A stretch of 40,805 bases of DNA. It comes from an uncultured Deinococcales bacterium. Lineage in GTDB: Bacteria; Deinococcota; Deinococci; Deinococcales; JAAFIG01. Positions 16,854 to 26,668 of the stretch are shown here, one piece after another. Each line of letters opens with the position of its first letter. Position 1 is the stretch's first letter. A program made the position numbers and the translations under genes. The stretch spans positions 1 through 40,805 of the forward strand of contig CAXTTL010000013.1 of NCBI GenBank assembly GCA_964247135.1, given 5' to 3'. The notes beneath the pieces were generated by a model. That model worked only from the letters and a program-made list of their open reading frames with translations. It did not search any database and was not told where the DNA came from.

Positions 16854-17984
16854 ATGACGCAACGCAACACGCTGGTTTTTGGCGCAGGCAAAGTTGGTTC
16901 GACCATCGCGCATTTGCTGCATCACAGCGGTAATTTCTCGGTCACATTGGCAGACAAGGACAGCGCTGCACTGAAGCGGGCAAGCAAGCAATTGGGTGTA
17001 CACACCAAACTTCTGGACGCCTCAGACCCCAGCGCTTTGGCTCGAGGTTTAGAAGGTTTTGACGCGGTGGTCTCGGCAGGACCATTTTTCGTGAATGCCC
17101 CCATCGCACAGGCGGCGCTCGAGACGGGCATCAGTTATTTTGACCTGACCGAAGACCGTGAAACCACCAGCCTGGTTCGTGCTTTGGCAGAACGAGCCAA
17201 TGAGGGTCAGATTTTTATGCCCCAGTGCGGGCTTGCCCCAGGGTTCATCGGCATTCTGGCGGCACATTTGACCCAGGGTTTCGATTCGGTTCATGACATC
17301 AAAATGCGGGTCGGTGCGCTGCCCAAATACCCGTCAAACATGCTGATGTACAACCTCACCTGGAGCACGGACGGCATCATCAACGAGTACATCAACCCCG
17401 CCGAAGCCATCGTGGGTGGCAAGCTCACCGAGCTGCAGTCACTCGAGGGACTCGAGGAGTTCTCGCTGGACGGCATGACCTATGAGGCGTTCAACACCTC
17501 GGGCGGTCTGGGGACGCTGTGCGAAACGCTCGAGGGAAAAGTGCAAAACCTCGATTACAAATCGGTGCGTTACCCTGGGCATCAGTATTTGATGCGCTTT
17601 TTGTTGCACGATTTGCGCTTGTCCGAACAGCGCGAACTGGTGAAAGACATTCTCGAGCGTGCCTTGCCGATCACGCCGCAAGATGTGGTTTTGACCTTTT
17701 GCACCGTGTCTGGCGAACGCAATGGACGGTTCACGCAAGTTTCCGATGCGAGAAAGATTTACGACACGACGGTGCATGGTCAGCACTGGAGCGCCATTCA
17801 ACTGACCACCGCCGCGAGCGTCTGCGCCGTGATGGACTTGCACGCCGGCGGGATGCTGCCCTCAAAGGGTTTTGTGCGTCAAGAGCAAGTGCCGTTTGAA
17901 GCCTTTCTCGAGAATCGTTTTGGACGGCATTATGCGACTTCGGGAGGTCTGCTCGAGGATCAGAGGATCAATGCTTTGGTTTGA
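16854..17984 (+). CDS. Saccharopine dehydrogenase family (lysine 6-dehydrogenase-like)
   Basis: GAGKVG Rossmann motif, YFDLTED, CGLAPG, VGALP, TWSTDGIINEY, YKSVRYPGH. Confidence 0.88.
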   Translation: MTQRNTLVFGAGKVGSTIAHLLHHSGNFSVTLADKDSAALKRASKQLGVHTKLLDASDPSALARGLEGFDAVVSAGPFFVNAPIAQAALETGISYFDLTEDRETTSLVRALAERANEGQIFMPQCGLAPGFIGILAAHLTQGFDSVHDIKMRVGALPKYPSNMLMYNLTWSTDGIINEYINPAEAIVGGKLTELQSLEGLEEFSLDGMTYEAFNTSGGLGTLCETLEGKVQNLDYKSVRYPGHQYLMRFLLHDLRLSEQRELVKDILERALPITPQDVVLTFCTVSGERNGRFTQVSDARKIYDTTVHGQHWSAIQLTTAASVCAVMDLHAGGMLPSKGFVRQEQVPFEAFLENRFGRHYATSGGLLEDQRINALV

Positions 17985-18213
17985 GTTGGTTGATTCGGTC
18001 TTGTTTGATGATGTCATCCAGGTTTGCTTCAAAAGTAGTGTCTGTCTGATCAAGCTGCCGTGTCCAATTCGATATTAAAGCGTTTTGGAATGTTTGGCGT
18101 TCAGTCACTTCCCTGAGTAATTTTTCAAGCGCTTGCTCACGAGACAACCGTTCACCGCGTCGGTACGACTCGAGCATTGTTGCGGTTTTGTCGTTCAGGG
18201 TGACGCTTAACAT
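17968..18213 (-). CDS. Small ribbon-helix-helix/CopG-like protein (81 aa)
   Basis: MLSVTLNDKTATMLESYRRGERLSREQALEKLLRE pattern; TACCAT 6 nt before the ATG. Confidence 0.55.
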   Translation of the reverse strand: MLSVTLNDKTATMLESYRRGERLSREQALEKLLREVTERQTFQNALISNWTRQLDQTDTTFEANLDDIIKQDRINQLKPKH

Positions 18214-18270
18214 GTGTCTATGGTATGTCACTGCAAGCATTGATGCAAGTTAAAATACAAATCTCGAGCT

Positions 18271-19371
18271 TCAAATCACATCATGGATTCTGCCACTCCG
18301 CCCATTCAAAACTCCACCCGTAAACCCGCGCCTGACGGCAATCAATTCGCCCATGATCGACAGCGCGACCTCGTCTGGGCTTTCCGCGCCAATGTCCAAA
18401 CCCACAGGGTTTCGGGTACGCTCGAGTTGCGCAGGTGTGGGCGTAAATCCTTTTTGCTCGAGGCGTGAAAGCAAATCCAAAAACCGTGCTCGCGGTCCAA
18501 GCACACCGACGTAAGGCGCGACGCTCTCGAGGGCAAATTTGAGGCTGCGTTCGTCTCGCTCGAGGTGGTGGTTCATGACCATGACAAAAGATCGCGGGTG
18601 GAGTTTGAGGTTGCTGTACTCTTCGCGGACTTCGAGGCGAGCGCCTGGGAAACGTTCAGGCGTTAAAAACCTGGCTCGAGCGTCAAACACACTGACCGCC
18701 CAACCAAGGTCGGTGGCTCGGGCGCAGAGCGGAATGGCGTCATGTCCCGCGCCGAGGATCACGAGTTCTGGCGGTGGGGCGCTGGCAGCGAGAAACACGC
18801 TGACCGAGCCAAAATTTTGGGTTTCGGAACGTGGATACAAGGCTTTCATCATCTCGAGGGCGCTGGCTTTCACGGCTGACTCGAGGCTTGCGCCGATCTC
18901 GCCGAGCGTTTCACCGTTTTCACGCACCAGCACACGCCCGAGGGCGGGTGACGGAATACCGGTGGTTTGATCTGGCAGCAGGGTGGCAAGCACCGCCAGT
19001 TCGCCGCGCTCGAGAATGGTTAACCACGTGTTGAGAATTGGGTCGTCGTTCACGGGTTCGACGTAAATGTCCACGCTGCCGCCGCAACCGATGCCCAAAC
19101 CCCAAACGACATCTTCGGCGAGGTCATAACCGGTCAAACTTGGCATGTTGTCCTGCATCACGTATTTTGCGCCGAGCACCACTTCAGGCTCGAGGCAACC
19201 GCCCGAGAGCATACAGACGTGACTGCCATCGTTTCTGATCAGCATTTGCGCCCCCTCGCGGCGGTAGGCGCTGCCACGGACGCGCACGACGCTGGCGAGG
19301 GCGATGCGTTCATTTGAGACTCGAGCTTCTTTGATGCCGCGCAGGATGTCGTTGATTTCTCGGCGTTCCAT
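18271..19371 (-). CDS. xdhC: XdhC/CoxI family molybdoenzyme maturation factor
   Basis: GSAYRREGA, SGGCLE, GLGIGCGG, GAGHDA, NPVGLDIGAESPDEVALSI. Confidence 0.93.
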   Translation of the reverse strand: MERREINDILRGIKEARVSNERIALASVVRVRGSAYRREGAQMLIRNDGSHVCMLSGGCLEPEVVLGAKYVMQDNMPSLTGYDLAEDVVWGLGIGCGGSVDIYVEPVNDDPILNTWLTILERGELAVLATLLPDQTTGIPSPALGRVLVRENGETLGEIGASLESAVKASALEMMKALYPRSETQNFGSVSVFLAASAPPPELVILGAGHDAIPLCARATDLGWAVSVFDARARFLTPERFPGARLEVREEYSNLKLHPRSFVMVMNHHLERDERSLKFALESVAPYVGVLGPRARFLDLLSRLEQKGFTPTPAQLERTRNPVGLDIGAESPDEVALSIMGELIAVRRGFTGGVLNGRSGRIHDVI

Positions 19372-19429
19372 GATGGTAGGAGTTTAACGCGTTTGGGAAA
19401 TCCAGAATGTTATCGGGTAAACTCATGTT

Positions 19430-20383
19430 GTGACCCTAACCCTGCCAACATCGAGTGCCATCATTGGTCATGCTCGGGTCAAAACCAATTTGGCGCAAAC
19501 CACGGCGCATTCAGTGTTGCTTTGCGGTCCGGCGCGGGTTGGACGACGCGAGTTGGCACGCTGGTGGGCGCAGCGTTTGAATTGCTTACAGCCGAACGAC
19601 CTCGAGCCTTGTGGGATTTGCGCCTCGTGCCAGAATTTTAGGGCTGGCACGCATCCAGATTACCTCGAGATCAGCCCGAAAACCGAGACCAGCACGGGCA
19701 AAAAGGCGCGTTCGAGCATCATTCCGATCAAAGCCATCTCGGGTTCGCACGACCCCGATCACGATTACGAGTTACACGTTTTGGACTGGCTCGAGACTGG
19801 GGGCAGGTACCGGCATAAAGTTGTGGTCTTTGATGGCGCGGAATTTTTGAACGAGGCGGCGGCGAATGCACTTTTAAAAATTGTCGAAGAACCACCGCAC
19901 CAGGCGCGGTTTGTCTTTGTTGCCGAGGATGTCAGCGGCGTCATGCCGACCATCGTTTCGCGCAGCGTACAAATTCGGGTGCCGCCAGTGTCCGGCGTTG
20001 ACCTCGAACGCGCTTGGCTTAAGCATCACCCACAACTGGATACCGAACTGCTCGAGTTTGCCTCGGGCAGACCAGGCTTGATTTTGAACAGCGACCACAC
20101 CCGCGATTGTTTGGATGCCGCCAAAGAATTCTGGACGGCGCTCGAGCATGATTTGCTGGCAGCGTTAACCGCCGCCGATGTGCTCGAGAAAAACTTTGAC
20201 CGCGATTTAACCCCCGATGCGCTGCGTTTTTTGCTGCGCGACAAACCCGCCGGCGCTCGGGTGAAGGCAGATTTAGCCATCGAAAAAGCTTTGGAGGCGC
20301 TCGAGCGTTACGCCACGCCCTCACTGGTGTTTGTGGTCTTGGCGCTCGAGTGTCGGGCGGCGTTTGGCGTTGCGGGGTCGTAA
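19430..20383 (+). CDS. holB: DNA polymerase III delta' subunit
   Basis: Degenerate P-loop GPARVGRR; Zn motif C..PCGICASC; HPDY; AANALLKIVEEPP; PTIVSRS. Confidence 0.9.
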   Translation: MTLTLPTSSAIIGHARVKTNLAQTTAHSVLLCGPARVGRRELARWWAQRLNCLQPNDLEPCGICASCQNFRAGTHPDYLEISPKTETSTGKKARSSIIPIKAISGSHDPDHDYELHVLDWLETGGRYRHKVVVFDGAEFLNEAAANALLKIVEEPPHQARFVFVAEDVSGVMPTIVSRSVQIRVPPVSGVDLERAWLKHHPQLDTELLEFASGRPGLILNSDHTRDCLDAAKEFWTALEHDLLAALTAADVLEKNFDRDLTPDALRFLLRDKPAGARVKADLAIEKALEALERYATPSLVFVVLALECRAAFGVAGS

Positions 20384-20386
20384 AAC

Positions 20387-20414
20387 GTGTGGGCGAGACG
20401 CGTCTCGCCCACAC
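20387..20414. repeat. Perfect 28-bp palindrome, REP-like
   Basis: GTGTGGGCGAGACG|CGTCTCGCCCACAC, just after the holB stop. Confidence 0.7.
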
Positions 20415-20467
20415 AGGACATTGTTATATTCGTGACCACCCAACAAACGCAATGAAAGTCGAGGGTC

Positions 20468-23152
20468 ATGCCAGGTTCCAAAGGTCGAAGTCTGAGTACC
20501 GTTCAAGTCGCGCTTCGCGTGATGGGTTTTATGACCGCGCATCCCGAAGGCGTTGAAGCCAGCACCGTGGCGGGCTGGCTCGGTAAAAGCTTGTCCAGCG
20601 CGTACTCTATTTTGAACAGTTTTGTTCAAGAAGGCGTTGCCGAACGGGTTGGGTCGGCGTACCGTTTTGTGGCTGGCGTGCCAGGTTTTGGGTCAGACCC
20701 CAGGATGCAGGCAATATCGTTTGAATCCGACTTGCAGTTGGCGCTCGAGAAACTGTACGCCAAAACCCATGAGCGCGTGTACCTGGCGCTCTGGGCGGAC
20801 GGTTGCTTGAAGGTCGTCTCGAGGGGGCGGCAGGGGCAGCCCAAACCGGCGGGGGCGGAGGGCAATCTCACCCGTGGTTTTCATGCGCTGGCGATGGGCA
20901 AGGCGGTGCTGGCTTGGCTGCCCGAAACGGTGGTGCAAACTCAAACCCTGCAAGCGTTCACACCGTTTACCCTGACCGATTTTGAGGTGTTACGCGCCGA
21001 GTTTGATTGGATTCGCCAGCATGGAATCGCCGTGCAGCTCGAGGAGTTCAGTTTGGGTTTTAGCGGTGTCGCCGCGCCCATCTTTGGGAAAAACGGCGAG
21101 GTGATCGGCGCGTTTGGCGCGGTCATGACCTCGAAGCGTTTCGCGGCTGCCTTTGTTCGTTTGACCCAAGCCCTGCGCGAGGTGGCGTTTGCCAGTTCGA
21201 TTCTGCCCGCCAAAGATTTGCACACACAGGACAGCCCGCCAAAACTCGAGCCTTTGATTCAAAGCAAAAACCGTGCGCCCCAAAAGACCGGCACTTCCCA
21301 GTGGGCAAGCAGGGAGGTTCAAGCCAGCGCCAACCTGCAAGATTACAAGCTCGAGCACCAGCGCAGTTTGGAAGATTCTGATGGGTTCTGGAGCGAATGG
21401 GCGGCGCGTTTTCACTGGTTTAAACCCTGGCAGCAAACGCTCGATTGGCAGTTCCCAGAACACCACTGGTTTGTCGGTGGGCAGACCAATATTTGTTTTA
21501 ATGCCCTGGACCGACACGCAGAGGGCAGCAAACGCAATCAACTGGCAATCATCGCGCTCTCTGGCGACGGAACAGTCCATAAACTTTGCTACCGCGAGTT
21601 GCTTGACCGCGTGGCGCGGCTCGCCAGCGCCTTCAAAACGCTGGGTTTGAAGCCAGGTGATCGTCTGGCGACCTATTTACCAACCGGCTTGGAGGCGGCA
21701 TTGTCGATGCTCGCTTGCGCCCGAATCGGGGTGATTCACGTGGTCATTCCGGCGGGTTTGGGGGCGCAACCCTTAAAAGAACGGCTCGAGCATTCGGGCA
21801 CGGCGGTGCTGGTGGCGGCGGATCGCGTCTTTCAACGCGGGCGGGTGGTGTCCCTCACCGCCAACGTCGAAGAGGCAACCGCTGGTTTAAACATTCGTAC
21901 TGTCTGGCATTGTCGCGGTGAATTAAAGAGCGATCTCGGGTTTTGGGATTTGCTCGAGGCACATGCGCCCGATACCGCCGCCGTCAAACTCGAGTCTGAA
22001 CATCCGTTGTTTATTTTGTACACGGGTTCTGGTGACAAATCCAGAGGCGTGATTCACAGCCACGCCGGAATCATGGTTGGGGCAAGTTACCAACTTCGCA
22101 GTTTATTTGATGCCAAAGACACCGATGTGATCTGGTGCACCGGCGATCTAAGCTGGATTTTTGGTCATGTTTACGGCTTGTACGCGCCGTTGCTGGAAGG
22201 TTTAACCACGATTTTGCGCGAGGAAAAACTGGATTACCCAGACCCAAACAGTTTTTACGCGACCCTCGAGCAACACGGGGTGAATGTCTTGTTGACCAGC
22301 CCAGCTTGGTTGGGTTTGCTGTCCGACCACGGACTTGAACCGCTGGCAGGAAAAAACATCTCAAATTTGCATCTGGTCGTCTCTGGGGGCGCCGTTTTAA
22401 CCCCAGACGTTTGGCACTGGACCAGGGATCACTTGCTGGCAGGTGGGCAAAACGGTTTTGTGATTGACCACTGGTGGCAAACCGAAACCGGAGCGCCCGT
22501 GCTGGGCACGCCACTGGTCATGCCGTTCAAAATGGGACAGGTTGGCGTCTCACTGCCTGGCATCGATGCGGCTGTGATCGATTTAAACGGTCAAGAAGCG
22601 CCTGCGGGCACTGTTGGGCAGTTGGTCCTGCGGCGACCCTTTCCGCACCTGTTAAAAGGCTTGTGGAATGACGCGAGCGGTTTCTCGGCGCTGTGGGATG
22701 CAAACACCAAAGCCTACCTGAGCGGCGATCTGGCAGTCATGGACAAAGATGGTTACTTCGGCTTGCGCGGACGCGTTGACGACGCGATCAAAGCCGGCGA
22801 TTACCTGATTGCCGCCAGCGAGATCGAACAGGTGCTGACCAGCAATCCCAACGTTTTGGAAGCTGTGGTCATTAAACTTGGGAACTCCGAACAGGACAAT
22901 CTCGAGCGCAGCAATCTCGAGCGCAATACACTGCTTAAAATTTTTGTGGTCTTTACCGACACCAACGCCACCCACGAGATCGAATCGGTTTTAAAACAAC
23001 GCCTTCAAGCCCAGTTGCAAAACCATTTTGGACCGACGCTCGGCGCCTCGGAAATTCTGGTTCTCGAGCGATTGCCACGCTCAAAGGGTGGTAGTGTTTT
23101 GCGCCACGAATTGCGAAATACCGCCATGCGTCAAAGCCGACCGACGGAATAA
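20468..23152 (+). CDS. IclR regulator fused to an acetyl-CoA synthetase-like domain with degenerate catalytic motifs
   Basis: N-terminal HTH (KSLSSAYSILNSF), HALAMGKAVLA, GVAAPIF (IclR); then FNALDRH, MLACARIG, WCTGDLSWIFGH, DHWWQTETG, GRVDD (Acs). Confidence 0.88.
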   Translation: MPGSKGRSLSTVQVALRVMGFMTAHPEGVEASTVAGWLGKSLSSAYSILNSFVQEGVAERVGSAYRFVAGVPGFGSDPRMQAISFESDLQLALEKLYAKTHERVYLALWADGCLKVVSRGRQGQPKPAGAEGNLTRGFHALAMGKAVLAWLPETVVQTQTLQAFTPFTLTDFEVLRAEFDWIRQHGIAVQLEEFSLGFSGVAAPIFGKNGEVIGAFGAVMTSKRFAAAFVRLTQALREVAFASSILPAKDLHTQDSPPKLEPLIQSKNRAPQKTGTSQWASREVQASANLQDYKLEHQRSLEDSDGFWSEWAARFHWFKPWQQTLDWQFPEHHWFVGGQTNICFNALDRHAEGSKRNQLAIIALSGDGTVHKLCYRELLDRVARLASAFKTLGLKPGDRLATYLPTGLEAALSMLACARIGVIHVVIPAGLGAQPLKERLEHSGTAVLVAADRVFQRGRVVSLTANVEEATAGLNIRTVWHCRGELKSDLGFWDLLEAHAPDTAAVKLESEHPLFILYTGSGDKSRGVIHSHAGIMVGASYQLRSLFDAKDTDVIWCTGDLSWIFGHVYGLYAPLLEGLTTILREEKLDYPDPNSFYATLEQHGVNVLLTSPAWLGLLSDHGLEPLAGKNISNLHLVVSGGAVLTPDVWHWTRDHLLAGGQNGFVIDHWWQTETGAPVLGTPLVMPFKMGQVGVSLPGIDAAVIDLNGQEAPAGTVGQLVLRRPFPHLLKGLWNDASGFSALWDANTKAYLSGDLAVMDKDGYFGLRGRVDDAIKAGDYLIAASEIEQVLTSNPNVLEAVVIKLGNSEQDNLERSNLERNTLLKIFVVFTDTNATHEIESVLKQRLQAQLQNHFGPTLGASEILVLERLPRSKGGSVLRHELRNTAMRQSRPTE

Positions 23153-23169
23153 ACCAGGCTCGAGCCGAC

Positions 23170-23820
23170 TCAACCTCGAGCCGATTTTTGCGCCAGCAAC
23201 GCGGCTTCGACCCGATTTCTGACCTGAAGTTTTTGCAAAATGTTGGTCATGTAATGCTTGATGGTTTTTTCGGTCAACTCGAGCCGCCCACCAATTTCTT
23301 TGTTGCTGCGCCCATCGGCGACAAGTTCAAGAATTTGTCGTTCGCGTTCGGTCAGCTCATCGAGCAAACTGCTCGGTTGATTGCGACCTGACCCACCTCG
23401 AGCCATTTCGGACAACACACCCGCCGCGAGGGTCGGCGTGATGTAAACCTCGCCGTGATACACGGATCGAATCACGCTTTTGAGTTCCCTGCCCGAAACG
23501 CCTTTTAGAATGTAACCTCGAGCGCCGGCTTTGAGGGCGCTGAGCACATCGTTTTCTTCTTCACTAAAGGTCAGCATGATAATTTTGGTGACGGGGCAGG
23601 CTTCGGACACGGTTTTGGCTGCCAGAATACCGTTTCCTGGCATGTTGATGTCCAAGAGCACAACGTCGGGCAGCAAACTGGTCGCCAGTTTCAGGGCATC
23701 CTCGGCGTTGCCGCCCTCGCCAATCACGCGCATGTCAGATTCGGCGTTGAGGGTGCTGGCGACGCCTTCGCGGTAGAGCGGGTGGTCGTCCACGATCACC
23801 AGTTGAATCGGTTCACTCAT
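23170..23820 (-). CDS. NarL/LuxR-family response regulator
   Basis: VIVDDHPLYREG, LLDINMP, GYILK, LTERE..SNKEIG..TIKHY; ATG at 23820. Confidence 0.95.
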   Translation of the reverse strand: MSEPIQLVIVDDHPLYREGVASTLNAESDMRVIGEGGNAEDALKLATSLLPDVVLLDINMPGNGILAAKTVSEACPVTKIIMLTFSEEENDVLSALKAGARGYILKGVSGRELKSVIRSVYHGEVYITPTLAAGVLSEMARGGSGRNQPSSLLDELTERERQILELVADGRSNKEIGGRLELTEKTIKHYMTNILQKLQVRNRVEAALLAQKSARG

Positions 23821-25369
23821 GGTGGTTTCCTGAATTGAGATCGGTATGACTCGAGGATGGATCGTGCATTCCCGAGGACGGATCGTGTATTCCCGAGGAC
23901 GGATCGTGTATTCCCAAGGACGGATCGTGTATTCCCGAGGACGGATCGTGTATTCCCAAGGACGGGTTGAGCGGCACGAGCGCGATGATGGTTGTTCCCT
24001 GCCCAGGACTCGAGACAACCTCAAACCGTCCACCAAGGCTTTCGACCCGTTCCCTCATGCCAAGCAAGCCCAAATGACCGCCGTCCACCAGGTTTTCATT
24101 CCAGGTGAAACCAGAGCCATTGTCGGATACTTTGAGCTTTAAGGTGTCTCGCATTCTGATCAATTCTACCCTTTGCGAGTCTTTGCAACCATGCCGAAAC
24201 GCATTGTTCAAGGCTTCTTGAATCAGTCTAAAAATCGTGATCTTGACAGGCAACACGACCTGTTCGGGCAGGTTCTCGAGTTGCACTTGAACTTTGGATT
24301 GCGTGCGCCGCTGATGGTCGCGGATCACTCGAGCCACGGTTTCGGATAGGTTTAAAGCCTCCAGGTCGGGCAGGCGCAAATCGCTGGCGATGGCTCGCAT
24401 TTCTTTGATCGATTTGGCGAGCGCACTTTCGATCAGGGACAGGTCGGCGAGGTTCGGGTCGAGCAATTCGGAGGGCAGTTTGGAATTGGCGAGCCTCGAG
24501 GCGACCCCATCGGTTTTCAGCAGCGCAAAACTGAGGTCTTGGGCGGGTCCGTCGTGCAGCTCAGAGCTGACCCGTTTTAAAAAGCGCTCATTCAGGGTCG
24601 TGGTGCGCACCGTCGCCCGCCTGGCACGGTCACGCAAGACCTGATTCTGCTCGAGCAGCGCGTTCAGGTCAGTCACTTGCCGACTGAGTTTGCTGCGTTG
24701 CCTCAGAATCGTGTTGCTGGCTTGCCGCACCAAGGAAATTAACAACAGGTACGTGAGCAGGGTCAAAACCCCCACCACCCACCAACTGCGAATTTGGGCA
24801 GCCCGAATCTCGAGTTCGAGATCGTCGGTGACCGCGTAAAATTCTGCCACGGCAATGACACGGTTGTTTTGGCGCATCGGGCTGTAGGTTTCGAGCAAGC
24901 GGTCCCGAATTTGACGGTCATCGGCATTCTCGAGGTTGTCCAACCGACTGATGCTCGAGATCACCTGCCCTTTCCAGGCACGCTCGAGGCTGTCGTCTAC
25001 CGGGAAACGTTTGGCAATCTGTTTTTTGTTGGTGCTGTAAAGCACCAGACCATTTTTCCCCCAGAGTTTAAACAAGACAATCTGACGCCCGATCACGGTG
25101 TCACGCAGCAAACGATCCAAATGCGCCATGCCCGCGCTCGAGATGGCATTGGGCAGTTGTAAATCCTGAAATTGTGGCGCCAAAAAACTGTTAACGTACA
25201 AGGCGGTGGTGGCAGCCGTGCGTTGCACCACGCCCTGCTCGATTTCGCGCCCAACCCACCAGCCCAGCAACACGCCGCTGGAAAGCAACACGATCAGGCT
25301 GCCGAGCGTAAATTTTTGCAATAAATTGAGTTGCGCCGCAAAACGCCACAAACTGTTTTTGTGGCTCAT
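23813..25369 (-). CDS. Membrane sensor histidine kinase (HisKA_3/NarX-type) with C-terminal heptapeptide repeat
   Basis: Two TM segments; SELHDGPAQ H-box; QEALNNAFRH; DNGSGF; GLLGMRERV; start at 25369 inferred. Confidence 0.92.
   Translation of the reverse strand: MSHKNSLWRFAAQLNLLQKFTLGSLIVLLSSGVLLGWWVGREIEQGVVQRTAATTALYVNSFLAPQFQDLQLPNAISSAGMAHLDRLLRDTVIGRQIVLFKLWGKNGLVLYSTNKKQIAKRFPVDDSLERAWKGQVISSISRLDNLENADDRQIRDRLLETYSPMRQNNRVIAVAEFYAVTDDLELEIRAAQIRSWWVVGVLTLLTYLLLISLVRQASNTILRQRSKLSRQVTDLNALLEQNQVLRDRARRATVRTTTLNERFLKRVSSELHDGPAQDLSFALLKTDGVASRLANSKLPSELLDPNLADLSLIESALAKSIKEMRAIASDLRLPDLEALNLSETVARVIRDHQRRTQSKVQVQLENLPEQVVLPVKITIFRLIQEALNNAFRHGCKDSQRVELIRMRDTLKLKVSDNGSGFTWNENLVDGGHLGLLGMRERVESLGGRFEVVSSPGQGTTIIALVPLNPSLGIHDPSSGIHDPSLGIHDPSSGIHDPSSGMHDPSSSHTDLNSGNHHE
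23852..23965. repeat. 21-bp tandem repeat, about 5.4 copies (coding VNTR)
   Basis: Unit C[G/A]AGGA[C/T]GGATCGTG[T/C]ATTCC, encoding G[I/M]HDPS[S/L] in the kinase tail. Confidence 0.95.
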
Positions 25370-25606
25370 GGGACCAAAGACTCGAGTTTGCTCGAGGTCT
25401 GTCAATATGGCGCTTTGATTGAAGCTTTTGCTCACCTTGTGCTGACCTTTCAAGAACGCCCATGTACGCACGGTTTTTTCATTATGAAGCTTTTTTGCCG
25501 CAATTGCTTCCGACCAAGGTCGGATGCCAGGTTGGACTTTAGAGGATGTTGCCGTGCAGATTTTCGCCCTAAGCTTCTGGCAAGAAAGCACCAAGAGGAG
25601 AAAACC

Positions 25607-26641
25607 ATGAAAAACTTTAAAACCGCTCTCGCCGCCATTGTCGTCCTTGGAGTTGCTGGTTGCAACCAAGTCACGATCCAACCACCACTCGCCACGCAAA
25701 CCGTGGCTGGCAAGATTACAGCCATGACCGCAGACCGCAGCAGCATCACCGTGGCTGGACAAAACATCAAACTCCTCAGCGTTGCTCCAGCCTCACAAGG
25801 CACAGTCCAAACTCGGGCGTACTGGAAAGGGCACGTCAAGGTCAACGACTCGAGCGCCAGCGTGAGCGCCCTCAGCGTCGGACAATCGGTCAGCGTGACC
25901 ACCTCGGGCGACGAAGCCAGCGAGGTGGTGGTCAAACTCGAGGTCAAGGGCGCCATCTCGAGCATCGGAGCAAATTCTTTGGTGGTGGCTGGAAAAACCG
26001 TGACGATAGACGCCAACACCCGAATCGATTTGGCTGCGGACAATGATGATGCCTCGAGTTCGGTGCATACCTTGGCAGACTTAAAAGCAGGCGATTTTGT
26101 TGAGGTGACTGGCTCGACGGATGCCGCAACGGGCAATGTTCTCGCCAGCAAAATTGAAGTCAAAAGCGCCACCGAGCTGAGCGAAGACGGCGAGAATAAT
26201 GACTCCGAGATCAAAGGCACGGTCGCAGCGTTGAGCACCGATGGCTTCACCCTTGGCACACTCACCGTCCATTGCGTCAGCCCTTGCGCCCTGCCGACAG
26301 GCTTAAAAAATGGCGACATGGTCGAAGCCGAAGGTGTGCTGACGGGCAGCAGCCTGGAAGCCAAAAAAGTCAAACTCGAGGATGAACTCGAAAGCCATCC
26401 CGCAGCAGGCTCGAGCATTGTCTTCAGCGATGACCTGAACCACCTGAGCGCGACCAGCAAAACCTTTGACCTCGGGCGTTACAGCGTGGATTATTCAACC
26501 GCCACCGTGACTGGAACACTTGCCGACAAAGCCACTGTCAAAGTCGAAGGCAAGGTTGACGCCAGCAACACCAAGTTGATCCATGCCACAAGCGTTACGG
26601 TTCTTGCCAGTGGCGGCAACGACGGCGGCGGACACAAGTAA
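25607..26641 (+). CDS. Lipoprotein with repeated DUF5666-like OB domains
   Basis: GAGGAG RBS; lipobox VAGC; repeats L-x-[V/A/N]G-[Q/D]-x-V-x-V-x-G..A-x2-[I/V]. Confidence 0.8.
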   Translation: MKNFKTALAAIVVLGVAGCNQVTIQPPLATQTVAGKITAMTADRSSITVAGQNIKLLSVAPASQGTVQTRAYWKGHVKVNDSSASVSALSVGQSVSVTTSGDEASEVVVKLEVKGAISSIGANSLVVAGKTVTIDANTRIDLAADNDDASSSVHTLADLKAGDFVEVTGSTDAATGNVLASKIEVKSATELSEDGENNDSEIKGTVAALSTDGFTLGTLTVHCVSPCALPTGLKNGDMVEAEGVLTGSSLEAKKVKLEDELESHPAAGSSIVFSDDLNHLSATSKTFDLGRYSVDYSTATVTGTLADKATVKVEGKVDASNTKLIHATSVTVLASGGNDGGGHK

Positions 26642-26668
26642 ATCAAACCTCAACCTCTCCGATAGAGA

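Noticed and set aside
23852-23965. Possible CRISPR array
   Set aside because: Units are contiguous with no unique spacers, lie in frame inside a kinase gene, and no cas genes are present
25331-25762. Long N-terminal extensions making the kinase and lipoprotein overlap (also 23821-24036 for the regulator and 33590-33735 for relA and its neighbour)
   Set aside because: RBS or -10 evidence and domain boundaries favour the shorter starts at 25369, 25607, 23820, 33615 and 33674
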